From Candidatus Hermodarchaeota archaeon (lineage in GTDB: Archaea > Asgardarchaeota > Lokiarchaeia > Sigyniarchaeales > SOKP01): 64,000 nt of DNA. A program made the position numbers and the translations under genes. Shown here piece after piece: positions 28,643-38,318 of this stretch. Numbering within the stretch: the first letter of the stretch is position 1; each line of letters starts with the position of its first letter. The stretch lies in contig JBHLLG010000004.1 of NCBI GenBank assembly GCA_048885925.1, forward strand, positions 19,503-83,502, given 5' to 3'. Under the pieces are notes generated by a model. That model was not told the DNA's origin and searched no databases. It was given only the letters and a program-made list of their open reading frames with translations.

Positions 28643-29632
28643 GTGATATTCATGGAAGAGAGAATAAAAGGAAGAAAGAATTATCCTACTGATGAAATAG
28701 ATCCGAAAAACTTTCTAAGTGATGAGCTTGTAAAGGATATGATTAATAAGAAAGATAATATTCATTTTAATTCAAATGATTTTTATAAACTCTACAATTG
28801 TGTCCATTGTGGAGAATGTGAAACTGAAATGGAGCGAATTTCATTAAAAGAAAAATATATCGAAGAAGGAAATATATTTGAAGGAGTTGATGAGATGAGA
28901 GATTATTTTAACGAATTTAGATCACCATATCCTAGTAATAAGATGCGAATTAAAAGACTAAAGGGAATTTCTAGAGATTCTGATACTCTCTTTTTCATGG
29001 GTTGTCTCTCCACGATAAGGATTCCTCAATATACTCAACATGCACTTCAATATTTAATACAACAAGAGGTAGATTTCACTATTTTAAATACCGAAATTTG
29101 CTGTGGATGGCATCTTAAGATTAGTGGATTAAAAAAGGAATTTGAAACATGTATAAATGAAAATATAAATATTTTTAATTCAAAAAAATTCAAAGAGATA
29201 ATTTGTTTATGTCCTGCGTGTTTTTATCTATTTAAAAATGAAATGGATGGTTTAAACGCAGAAGTAAAATATATTTCTGATTATATAAAACCTTCAAATC
29301 TACATAAATCAGGTAGAGTAGGAGTGCAACATTTGTGTCAATTAATGAACAGAGATAAAGAAGGAATAGATAAATTTATAGTTGACATACTTAAAAGTGC
29401 AGGTTACAAAGTTGTAGATATCCCCCATTGGTGCTGTGGTGGAGGATCTGGTTGGATGGGACGAACAGATGTAATAGAAAAGATTGCTCAAAAAAGAATG
29501 TCTGATTTTGATCGAGAAGATCTTGACTACGTTACAAGTTATTGTCCTTCTTGCTGGTGGATATTAAGGAGATTTAGTAAACAATGTAAAATTCACCCTA
29601 AAGCTATCGATCTTTTTGAATTATTACTCTGA
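28643..29632 (+). CDS. HdrD/GlpC-like Fe-S oxidoreductase with two CCG domains
   Basis: CVHCGECETE ferredoxin-type motif. Two Cys-rich CCG units (MGCLS...CCGW...CPAC and HLCQL...WCCGGG...CPSC). Confidence 0.75.
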   Translation: MIFMEERIKGRKNYPTDEIDPKNFLSDELVKDMINKKDNIHFNSNDFYKLYNCVHCGECETEMERISLKEKYIEEGNIFEGVDEMRDYFNEFRSPYPSNKMRIKRLKGISRDSDTLFFMGCLSTIRIPQYTQHALQYLIQQEVDFTILNTEICCGWHLKISGLKKEFETCINENINIFNSKKFKEIICLCPACFYLFKNEMDGLNAEVKYISDYIKPSNLHKSGRVGVQHLCQLMNRDKEGIDKFIVDILKSAGYKVVDIPHWCCGGGSGWMGRTDVIEKIAQKRMSDFDREDLDYVTSYCPSCWWILRRFSKQCKIHPKAIDLFELLL

Positions 29633-29674
29633 AACCAAAAAAATACGGTATTATATATTAATATAAGAAAATTT

Positions 29675-29913
29675 CTATTTATATACCTCAGGAATTACAA
29701 TAATAAAATAAATACCTTGTCTATAATTATTTTCAATACGATTTTTAACCCAAATTTTACCATGATAACTTTCTATTATCTTCTTTACTAAGGTTAGTCC
29801 AATTCCCATTCCTCTTACACTATTTTCTTTCTTATATCCTTTTTGAAAGATTAACTCTTTTTTTTATCTGTAATCCCAATTCCATAATCCTTAATTTCTA
29901 ATTTGATTTTCAT
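29675..29913 (-). pseudogene. Histidine kinase remnant (HATPase_c C-terminal fragment, frameshifted)
   Basis: Hand translation gives MKIKLEIKDYGIGITDKKK / ELIFQKGYKKENSVRGMGIGLTLVKKIIESYHGKIWVKNRIENNYRQGIYFIIVIPEVYK. The frame breaks in the T8 run at 29858-29865. No HisKA or sensor part lies upstream. Confidence 0.6.
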
Positions 29914-30219
29914 CAAAGAGGAATAAAGAAACACAGTCTGCTTTGGTTAGATTACCTATGTCTTCAAAGGAGAAATTGATAGCTTTATCAAGATTTATTC
30001 TAACTACAAATCGAGAAGAAATTATAGATATGACTTTTTCAAATTTTAATCGACTTTTAAGCGACACTTTAGTACATCTTGATGAAGAGATTTAAAAATA
30101 AATCTGATATTATTAATAGTCTATAGATAAAGCTTAATCTGAAAATATGATATAGTAAATATTTTTAAATTTGTTGAGAGGTAAAAATGGTTTTTTAAAA
30201 AGGAGAATCTCTCAATAGA

Positions 30220-31437
30220 TTGTTAGTATTAGAAATTAATTTAAGAAATTTAATAAATTTAGGAAATTTTTTAAATTTGATTGGTGTGGAAACTAATAAT
30301 AATATTATAGAAAAAACTGTTGAAAAAAAGTCGAAAAAGTTTACTTTAAGAGAATTTGGTGGTGCATTTGGAGATTGGGGTACTTTAATTCCATTTGTGA
30401 TTGGTTATATTTCAATAGTAGGATTAAGCCCCGCTGGAATATTCTTGACATTAGGTTTAACCAATATCGTAATGGGGATAAAATTTGACCTTCCTCTTCC
30501 AGTACAACCGCAAAAAACAATTGGGACTGTTGCTATATCAAAAAAATGGGATCCAAATATAGTCATCTCAACAGGATTTGGTACTGGAGTAGTATGGTTT
30601 ATTCTGGGATTTTCAAAAAAACTCAATCAAATTGTGAGTAAAGTTCCAATTATTGCGGTGAGAGGTATACAACTAGGATTAGCATTGATATTAGGATGGA
30701 CGGGAATTAAATTATTCTCAGATAATCTAATACTTGGGTTTATCTCAATTCTAATAATATTAATTTTAATTAAAAATAAACCTATTCCATCTGCCATTAT
30801 TCTTACCTTTGGAGGAATATTATTAATGTTCTTTTCTGGTGTTGTTAATTTTTCAGAATTAGAATTTGGGGTCCCATTGTTAACTTTTCAGATCCCTTTA
30901 TGGAATAATCTTTTAATTGGGATGTTATATGCAGGAATTGCGCAAATATTTCTAACTCTGACAAATGTTATGGTTGCAACGGTTGTATTAATTAAAGAAC
31001 TCTTTCCAGAGAAAGAGTTTGTTGATGCAAATACTTTAGCTTTTAATATGGGTGCTATGAATTTGATAAATCCCTTTTTAGCGGGAATGCCTTTATGTCA
31101 TGGATCAGGCGGATTAATGGCACAATACGCTTTTGGAGCTAGAACTGGTGGTTCTATGATATTGGAAGGAATAATGGAAATTATTCTAGGATTATTTTTT
31201 TCTGAAACGTTACTTTTACTTTTTATAAAGTTTCCAATGGCAATTTTAGGAGCTATGTTAATTTATACCGCTATTTTATTAGGAAAAATAGCATTTAAGG
31301 ATTTTAATATAAAATCATTCCCTATTGTATTAATCTCTGCTTTAATATGTCATTTCTTAAATATTGCTTTAGGTTTTTTAATTGGACTGATATTGTTCTA
31401 CATTTTTAAAAACAAAATTGAATCTCCAAAAAATTGA
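30220..31437 (+). CDS. Putative sulfate/molybdate transporter (MOT/SulP-related)
   Basis: LREFGGAFGDWGTLIPF motif near the N-terminus and about 10 TM. The true start is probably internal, for example GTG at 30286. Confidence 0.6.
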   Translation: MLVLEINLRNLINLGNFLNLIGVETNNNIIEKTVEKKSKKFTLREFGGAFGDWGTLIPFVIGYISIVGLSPAGIFLTLGLTNIVMGIKFDLPLPVQPQKTIGTVAISKKWDPNIVISTGFGTGVVWFILGFSKKLNQIVSKVPIIAVRGIQLGLALILGWTGIKLFSDNLILGFISILIILILIKNKPIPSAIILTFGGILLMFFSGVVNFSELEFGVPLLTFQIPLWNNLLIGMLYAGIAQIFLTLTNVMVATVVLIKELFPEKEFVDANTLAFNMGAMNLINPFLAGMPLCHGSGGLMAQYAFGARTGGSMILEGIMEIILGLFFSETLLLLFIKFPMAILGAMLIYTAILLGKIAFKDFNIKSFPIVLISALICHFLNIALGFLIGLILFYIFKNKIESPKN

Positions 31438-31576
31438 TTATTAAAATTGATCTTTTAAAATATTAATGTGATTTTATCTCATTTTATTCAATAATAAATT
31501 AGAAATATGTTTTTTTATAATTTAAACGAAAAATTCTTTTAAGTATGAAAGCAAATATTCATAATAGAATGAATTA

Positions 31577-32281
31577 ATGGGTGATTTTATGTTATTTTCT
31601 GAAAATGAGATAGGTAATATTAAAAGAGAAATGGGTAAATTAAAGGATAAAGTTATTTTAAAATTGTTTACTGATTTCAAAATCCAAGAGGATGGAAAAA
31701 AAGTAAGAAAATGTATGGCTTGTGAAGGAGCATATGAGTTATTGAAAACTTTAGAAGATCTATCTGATGGTAAATTAAAAATAGAGGAAATATCCACGGA
31801 AGAAAATGAGGAAGAAGCAAAAAAGTATAATGTAACCAGAATTCCTGCTATATTATTTGTTGATGAAAATGATAAAGAAATAATTCGATACTCCGCTTAT
31901 CCGACTGGATCAGAATTTGTTCCTTTTCTTAACAGCATTCAATACTTCTCAGGTGTTAGACCTTATTATGCAGATCAAATCATTACACATCTAAAAAAGA
32001 TAGATAATTCGAAAATGAAGATTTTTATTACTCCAACTTGCCCGTATTGTCCCGCAACAGTACCAGTTCTTACATTATTTGCGATAATTAGTAAAGGAAA
32101 GGTTTCAGCCGAAGTAATTGATGTTGACTTAAATCCTGATATTGCTATGAAATATCAAGTTCAAGGAGTTCCGCACACAGTTATAAATGAGAAGGATCAT
32201 ATTTATGGAATGTTTACCCCTCAAGATCTTTTAGATAAACTTACAAAAGGTCAGAGAGATTTTGGAGGGATGTATGCTTAG
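31577..32281 (+). CDS. Protein disulfide oxidoreductase (PDO, two thioredoxin folds), paralog 1
   Basis: N-unit CMAC and C-unit CPYC (TPTCPYCP). About 230 aa, as in Pyrococcus/Sulfolobus PDO. Confidence 0.8.
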   Translation: MGDFMLFSENEIGNIKREMGKLKDKVILKLFTDFKIQEDGKKVRKCMACEGAYELLKTLEDLSDGKLKIEEISTEENEEEAKKYNVTRIPAILFVDENDKEIIRYSAYPTGSEFVPFLNSIQYFSGVRPYYADQIITHLKKIDNSKMKIFITPTCPYCPATVPVLTLFAIISKGKVSAEVIDVDLNPDIAMKYQVQGVPHTVINEKDHIYGMFTPQDLLDKLTKGQRDFGGMYA

Positions 32282-32300
32282 GAAAGGTGATTCATAAAAA

Positions 32301-32984
32301 ATGCTTTCAGATGAGAAATATAAAGAAATAATTAGAAGAGAGATTGCTAAACTAAAAAAGCCTGTAAGATTAAAAGCTTTCACCTGTAAAAGAAGACCCC
32401 CCAATGGAAGTCCAATTAGAGAATGCATGGATTGTGGTCAAATTATGTCCTTGTTAAAGATCTATGAGGAAAATTCAAATGGGATGCTTAAAATCGAAGA
32501 AATGTGTATAGATGACAATCCTGAGTTTTCCAAAATGTATGACATTCAAAGAGTTCCAACAATTCTCTTCATTGATGAGAATGGGAAAGAAATAATCCGT
32601 TATTTGGCAGCACCTCAAGGGGGAGAGATTCAACCTTTTGTTCAAGCCATTTTTGCTTTTGCTGGAGGGAACAATTATTATGAAGCAACAATTAAGCAAA
32701 ATTTAGATCGAATCCAACCAAGTACCATTAAGATTATGCTCACAATGTCTTGTCCTTATTGTCCACAAGTTGCATCTATAGCTAATTTATTTGCGATTGC
32801 CTCAAGAGGAAAGATAAGATCTGTCATTGTAGATATAATGGCTAACCCGGATATTGGTCAATATTATGACGCGGCAGGTGTTCCATATATAATTATTAAT
32901 GATCAAAAAACTTTAGTTGGAATGGTTGGACCAAATGAAATATTAAGAGCTCTGATTGGAGGTAATATACGTGTTCAATATTGA
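32301..32984 (+). CDS. Protein disulfide oxidoreductase (PDO), paralog 2
   Basis: N-unit CMDC and C-unit CPYC (MSCPYCP). Colinear with paralog 1. Confidence 0.8.
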   Translation: MLSDEKYKEIIRREIAKLKKPVRLKAFTCKRRPPNGSPIRECMDCGQIMSLLKIYEENSNGMLKIEEMCIDDNPEFSKMYDIQRVPTILFIDENGKEIIRYLAAPQGGEIQPFVQAIFAFAGGNNYYEATIKQNLDRIQPSTIKIMLTMSCPYCPQVASIANLFAIASRGKIRSVIVDIMANPDIGQYYDAAGVPYIIINDQKTLVGMVGPNEILRALIGGNIRVQY

Positions 32985-32985
32985 T

Positions 32986-33915
32986 ATGGATAGTATCGAT
33001 TTAGATAAAATTTATGATCTTATCGTTATAGGAGGAGGACCTTCTGCAATTGGCTGTGCAATCTATGCAGCACGATTTGCTATGGAAGTATTAATTGTTG
33101 GAAAAATATTTGGAGGATTAATTGCTACAACTCATATTGTTGAGAATTATCCTGCGATTACATCAATAAGTGGTCAGGGATTAATGGATATGTTTAAAGA
33201 GCACATGGATTCTTTAAATATCCCATATATATCAGATGAAATAAGGAGTATCAACAAAATTGATGATCATTTCGAACTTTATTCTTTCTTTCAAAAATTT
33301 AAAGCCTATTCTATTTGTATAGCAACAGGTTCAGAGAGGAAAAAACTTGGAATTCCTGGAGAAGAAGAATTTGCGGGACGAGGAGTGTCATATTGTGCAA
33401 CATGTGACGGTCTTTTTTACAAAGATAAAATAGTATGTGTAATAGGAGGAAGTGATTCTGCTGCCAAAGAAGCATTATATTTAGCTCAAAACACGAAAAA
33501 AGTATATATTATTTATAGAGGAGAAGATATTAGAGCTGAACCAATAAATAAAAAACGTGTTCTTGAAAATGAAAAAATAGAGATTATTTACAAAACTAAT
33601 GTTACTGAAATAAAGGGGGAAGGGATTGTAAAATCTATAGTTTTTAATAATGGAAAAGAACTCAAGGTTGATGGTGTATTTATTGAGATTGGATCAATTC
33701 CTAAATCTGATTTAGCTAAAAGAATAGGAGTAGTAATAAATGAAAAGGGAGAAATTAAAATCAATCGTAAATCAGAAACAAATGTTAAAGGTATTTTTGC
33801 TGCTGGAGATGTTGCTGATGCACCTTTCAAACAAGCCATAACGGGTGTAGCTGAAGGAGTTATAGCTGCTTATTCTGCTTTTGATTATGTTAAAGAAATG
33901 AATATCGAATATTGA
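32986..33915 (+). CDS. trxB: Thioredoxin reductase-like flavoprotein
   Basis: DLIVIGGGPSAIGCAIYAAR, redox CATC (SYCATCDG), VIGGSDSAAKEALYL, AAGDVAD. The ATG at 32986 is 1 nt after the PDO2 stop. The ORF-track TTG at 32956 overlaps the upstream gene. Confidence 0.9.
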   Translation: MDSIDLDKIYDLIVIGGGPSAIGCAIYAARFAMEVLIVGKIFGGLIATTHIVENYPAITSISGQGLMDMFKEHMDSLNIPYISDEIRSINKIDDHFELYSFFQKFKAYSICIATGSERKKLGIPGEEEFAGRGVSYCATCDGLFYKDKIVCVIGGSDSAAKEALYLAQNTKKVYIIYRGEDIRAEPINKKRVLENEKIEIIYKTNVTEIKGEGIVKSIVFNNGKELKVDGVFIEIGSIPKSDLAKRIGVVINEKGEIKINRKSETNVKGIFAAGDVADAPFKQAITGVAEGVIAAYSAFDYVKEMNIEY

Positions 33916-33967
33916 TGATATTTGAATATTTTACTTAAATTTAAAATAGAAAAAAGAAAAAATGAAT

Positions 33968-34291
33968 TTACTCAACTTTTATCTCTACACTGTGAAACTC
34001 GGGCTCTTTAAAGGGAACTTCAACTTTTAATAAGCCATTTTTATAAGTTGCTTTTGCTTCTTCTGGGTTTATAGGACAACAAAGACCATAGGAACCTATA
34101 TATATAGTATCTTCAGTTTCTCCTTTTATGAAAAAACTATCATCATGCATCTTAAGTTTAATTGATTCTTTCTCTACTCCAGGTAATTGTATTTCAATTT
34201 TGTAAATATTTTTTTCATCATCAGCCCAAGAACATACCTCTGGAGATGTTAAAAATTTTTCCGTTTCTTTTACTTCAGACAAATTTTTCAC
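33968..34291 (-). CDS. hsp20: Small heat shock protein (Hsp20/alpha-crystallin)
   Basis: IEIQLPGVEKESIKLKM...ATYKNGLLKVEVPF alpha-crystallin domain. Confidence 0.85.
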   Translation of the reverse strand: MKNLSEVKETEKFLTSPEVCSWADDEKNIYKIEIQLPGVEKESIKLKMHDDSFFIKGETEDTIYIGSYGLCCPINPEEAKATYKNGLLKVEVPFKEPEFHSVEIKVE

Positions 34292-34465
34292 CTTAAAAGT
34301 ATAATTTGGAATATATTTATTAATTAATGCAACTAAAATAGCGAATTTAAAAGTTCTTTCTATAGATTATTATGAGATGGACTTTTTCTCACTTATTTTT
34401 TAGACTAAAAGGAAAATTTGTTTTTATTTTATAATATTTTTAAGTTGTTTTTAAGAAGAAACTTT

Positions 34466-35389
34466 TTAATTATGGAGTAAAACTGAGTTTGTAGATAATA
34501 GATCAGATAATTTTTCCCAGTATTCTCTTATTTCCCAATTTTGTCGATCTTTAATTTTTTCAGAGATTTCTTTTAAAATTTCCCTAATTTTAAGAGAATA
34601 AAAATAAGTTAAATTTGAAGAGATTACAGATAACATATATTGCTTTTCTCCATATCTTTCTTTGTTATCAGGAAAAGAATCAAAGAATAAATATCCTTTA
34701 TTTTGAATATTTTCAATATTAAGTAATATACTTTGAGCTTTTGTAATTCGATCATGTCCATAAATTGAAGTGGCAGCATGAAATAATTGCTTACCTATGG
34801 TGTTAATTGAATAAGGGAGATCTTTATCAGGAGGGTAAACTTTTTTTACAATGGGACCTGTAATATCGTCCCAATAGACCAATATTAAACATAAGAGAGG
34901 TTGATCTTTTTTATTAATAGCTGATGTTATTTTAATATTTAATGATGAAAGTAACTTTTTTATCTCTTTGTCAATAAGATTAGATTTTTTAATTCGTTTT
35001 ATTTTTCCAGAAATTGATGCTAGTAAATCTTCTTTATTAAAGGGTTTAGTTATATAATCATCAACTCCTAACATTTTGCCCCATCGAATATCTTCAGGAG
35101 TAGATTTTGCAGTTAGAAATAAGAATGGAATACGATTCCAATGAGGATTATTAGAAACAACACTAAAAAAATCATAACCATCCATTTCTGCCATCATTAT
35201 ATCACTAATAATTAGATCGGGATTTCGTTTTAAGTCCGATAAAAGTTTTAAAGCATCTTTGCCATTTACCGCAGTTTTGACTTCATAATTATTATCTTCT
35301 AATAAGAGTCTTAAATGAAATAGGATATCTTCGTTATCATCAACTACAAGTATTAATGAGTGGGATATATCTTGCATATTGATTTGCAT
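34466..35389 (-). CDS. Response regulator: receiver domain fused to a longin/roadblock-like C-terminal domain
   Basis: Receiver motifs VVDDNED, phospho-acceptor ISDIMM, LTAK, ITKPF. The C-terminal 150 aa (LCLILVYWDDITGPIV...ILLNIEN...GYLFFDSF...YMLSVIS) has no DNA-binding motif. Confidence 0.8.
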   Translation of the reverse strand: MQINMQDISHSLILVVDDNEDILFHLRLLLEDNNYEVKTAVNGKDALKLLSDLKRNPDLIISDIMMAEMDGYDFFSVVSNNPHWNRIPFLFLTAKSTPEDIRWGKMLGVDDYITKPFNKEDLLASISGKIKRIKKSNLIDKEIKKLLSSLNIKITSAINKKDQPLLCLILVYWDDITGPIVKKVYPPDKDLPYSINTIGKQLFHAATSIYGHDRITKAQSILLNIENIQNKGYLFFDSFPDNKERYGEKQYMLSVISSNLTYFYSLKIREILKEISEKIKDRQNWEIREYWEKLSDLLSTNSVLLHN

Positions 35390-35438
35390 AGCACTCTTAT
35401 AGTGAAACTATCAATTAAAATTATATTTAAATTTTACT

Positions 35439-37616
35439 TTATAGATTATCTATTCTTGGAAAAAAAATTGAAAAGGTTGTTTCATTTCCTAAATTGCTTT
35501 CAACAAAAATTTCTCCGTGGTGAAGTTCTATTATATCCTTTGCTATTGATAAACCTAATCCAGTTCCAGAAGTATCTCTAGCATTAGAAGCTCTATAAAA
35601 TCTTTCAAAAATATGAGGGAGTTCTTCTTCACTAATTCCTATACCACGATTTTTAAATTGAAATAAAGTCCCATTTTTTCCTTTAGGATTAAATCTTCCT
35701 TTGTAATTTTCAATCACATTTATCTTGATAATTGTATTTTCATGTGAATATTTTATCGCATTATCAAGAAGAATTCGAAAAACTTGATCAATCCTTTTAA
35801 TGTCCCCTTTCATATTGATATCTTCATTAATATCAATTTGAAAAGAAATGTTTTTTTCTTGAGCAAAAGGAGAAAAGAATAATTCTATATCTTGTAATAA
35901 TTTTAAGGGATTATAGTTTTCTAAATTAAGCTCTATTTTTTTTTCATCAATTTGAGAGAGCATGAGAATATCTTCTGATAAATCTTTTAGAATTGAAATA
36001 TTCTTTTCTTCTATCTCAATAATGTAGTTTTGTAGTTCAGGGGTTAGTGAATCTTGTTTTTGCTTGAATAAATCTAAGGACATCATTAGAACAGTTATAG
36101 GTGTTCTCAATTCATGAGAAACTGTCGATACTAAATTCTTAATTCTTCTTTCTGCTAAAATTCTTTCTGTGATATTAAGACCATAAATATTAAGATATTT
36201 TTTTTCAGTTATAGGGGTTATAGTAAACGAGTAAAATTGATTATTTAGTTCAAGCTCAACCTGTTGAATTATTTGAGTATGAAAGACTTCCTCGACTACA
36301 TTATTTAAACTAAGAGGTAATTTATTCCCAATCTCAATATTAAACAATTTTTGACCAGCATCATTTATATATAGGACAATATCATTACCAACTCTTAATA
36401 TTGGATTTGGATTCTCCGAAGGAAACTTTGCTATACTCTTAATTTCTTCTTCTGCTTTTTTGCGTTCAGTAATATTTCGACCAACTGCAACTATATAATT
36501 AATATCTCCTTGATCATTCATAATAATTGATCCTAAATATTCAAAGGGTATTTTTTTCCCATCCTTCGTAATTAACTCCATTTGAACCGTAGTATTGCCA
36601 GTTTCAATGGCATTACGTATAGCCTCTTCAGCTTTTATTAAATCTTCTTGACTGTAATAAGAATCAGGTGCTTTCATAGATAATATCTCCTCATCAGTAT
36701 ACCCACTAATCTCATTAAAAGCTTTATTCCAGCTTATCGCTTTACCGTTCTTTGGATTAAATACAAAAAAAGTATCCATTTGAGCATTTAATGCAGTTGC
36801 CGTAAATTGCTCACTCTGTTTTAATCTTGTGAATAATGTATTTAAGGGATCTTCAAGTCCCTTTTGGACAATTGCTAAATAAATGAGATAGAAAGAGGTT
36901 ATCTTAAAGAGATGGCCTATTAAATTAGATAGGTCATATACACCAACATAAAAAGTAAAAGCTAACTCTGCTACTATAGTTGATAAAATAGAAAACATTT
37001 TCAGATGAAACGTTGTTAAATTAAGCCCTTTTCTATTTTTATATAATATTATTATAGATACTGCTAAAATTCCAATAATTATATATTCGCTGATTATCTT
37101 AAACTCGGTGAGACCAATCCCTTCAATATAACAAACTGGAAAAACCCTAGCGAAAATTAATATCAGCAAAAGTGTAGTAACAACTGTATATCCAATTAAC
37201 AGATGATTTGGATTAACTTTTTTATGCATTAAAAGAAATGCCATGAGAAATGATCCTGCTTGAAGATATCTAGCAGCGATCCATAATTGAGTAGGTAAAT
37301 TTGCGTTATATCCTTCAATTATATTCATCCCCCTATATGCTAATGTATGGATTAGATCAATTGAGCCTATATATAATAAGCTAACCCCCAGAACTAAAAA
37401 TATTGAGCTCTCTATATTTTTTCGAGTATTCCATCCAATGACAAAAATTCCAAAGGCTATAACTACACTAAATAATTCAGCTATAGTATGAAATAGAAGA
37501 AAACTATAGAAGTTTGTTAGATAAATAAAAAATAATATTAAAGTAAAAACAATTATAGATGATTTACTTTGGTATCGCCTTGGAATTTCTTTTTTTGCTT
37601 CTTGCGACACAAACAC
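35439..37616 (-). CDS. Membrane sensor histidine kinase (multi-TM N-terminus, PAS domains, HisKA, HATPase_c)
   Basis: H-box STVSHELRTPIT, N-box LLDNAIKYS, G-boxes NRGIGI and GTGLGLSIAKD. The N-terminal ~250 aa are hydrophobic. GTG start. Confidence 0.9.
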   Translation of the reverse strand: MFVSQEAKKEIPRRYQSKSSIIVFTLILFFIYLTNFYSFLLFHTIAELFSVVIAFGIFVIGWNTRKNIESSIFLVLGVSLLYIGSIDLIHTLAYRGMNIIEGYNANLPTQLWIAARYLQAGSFLMAFLLMHKKVNPNHLLIGYTVVTTLLLILIFARVFPVCYIEGIGLTEFKIISEYIIIGILAVSIIILYKNRKGLNLTTFHLKMFSILSTIVAELAFTFYVGVYDLSNLIGHLFKITSFYLIYLAIVQKGLEDPLNTLFTRLKQSEQFTATALNAQMDTFFVFNPKNGKAISWNKAFNEISGYTDEEILSMKAPDSYYSQEDLIKAEEAIRNAIETGNTTVQMELITKDGKKIPFEYLGSIIMNDQGDINYIVAVGRNITERKKAEEEIKSIAKFPSENPNPILRVGNDIVLYINDAGQKLFNIEIGNKLPLSLNNVVEEVFHTQIIQQVELELNNQFYSFTITPITEKKYLNIYGLNITERILAERRIKNLVSTVSHELRTPITVLMMSLDLFKQKQDSLTPELQNYIIEIEEKNISILKDLSEDILMLSQIDEKKIELNLENYNPLKLLQDIELFFSPFAQEKNISFQIDINEDINMKGDIKRIDQVFRILLDNAIKYSHENTIIKINVIENYKGRFNPKGKNGTLFQFKNRGIGISEEELPHIFERFYRASNARDTSGTGLGLSIAKDIIELHHGEIFVESNLGNETTFSIFFPRIDNL

Positions 37617-37728
37617 CTTTTTTGAATCTGAAATTTTATTATTCTTAGATCATATTTAATATTTTTTTCTATAATATTAAAAAATTCTTACATATTAAAA
37701 AAAGCTGAAATTAATTACTGAAAATGAT

Positions 37729-38277
37729 TCAACTAATTGTAGATTTTTCAAACATAGCGTATATTGTTGTCTTATGAATCGAATAAATAAACTCTGGAGG
37801 AATAGTCTCTTTTAACTTTTTTATAAAATCGTTAATAACTTTTTCATTAAACTTATCATCATATGCCAAATCAGGGTCAAATTTGTGCAGAAAAATAGAA
37901 AAATCGAAGCTACCAATTTCATTAACTGAATTAATCACCTTTTTCAAATAATCAAGTGCAATATTATAACGCTTGACGTCTTGAATATCAATAACATATA
38001 TAATTTTATTAGCGCCCTTTACATATTTACTAAAATTATTAAAATAATCATCAAAGTAGGCCTTCTGACCTCCAAGATCCCAAATTGCATAATTTGAATT
38101 TAAAGCTTCAAATTCTTGTACATTAAGACCTTTTGTAGGCATCGGAGAATTAAAAGCAGATATACGTTTAATACCCTTTAAACAATTTAAAATTGATGTT
38201 TTCCCACTATTATCTAATCCTATTAAAACAATTTTTATAGAACCTTCAGCAAAATCGTTATTTTTTAATCTCTTCAT
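37729..38277 (-). CDS. Arf/Arl/Sar-like small GTPase
   Basis: G1 GLDNSGKTS, G2 PTKG, G3 WDLGGQ, G4 HKFD (Arf has NKQD). 182 aa. Confidence 0.85.
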   Translation of the reverse strand: MKRLKNNDFAEGSIKIVLIGLDNSGKTSILNCLKGIKRISAFNSPMPTKGLNVQEFEALNSNYAIWDLGGQKAYFDDYFNNFSKYVKGANKIIYVIDIQDVKRYNIALDYLKKVINSVNEIGSFDFSIFLHKFDPDLAYDDKFNEKVINDFIKKLKETIPPEFIYSIHKTTIYAMFEKSTIS

Positions 38278-38318
38278 CCTTTTTAAAAAAGATTTTCAAA
38301 CTTTATATTTTCAATGAG

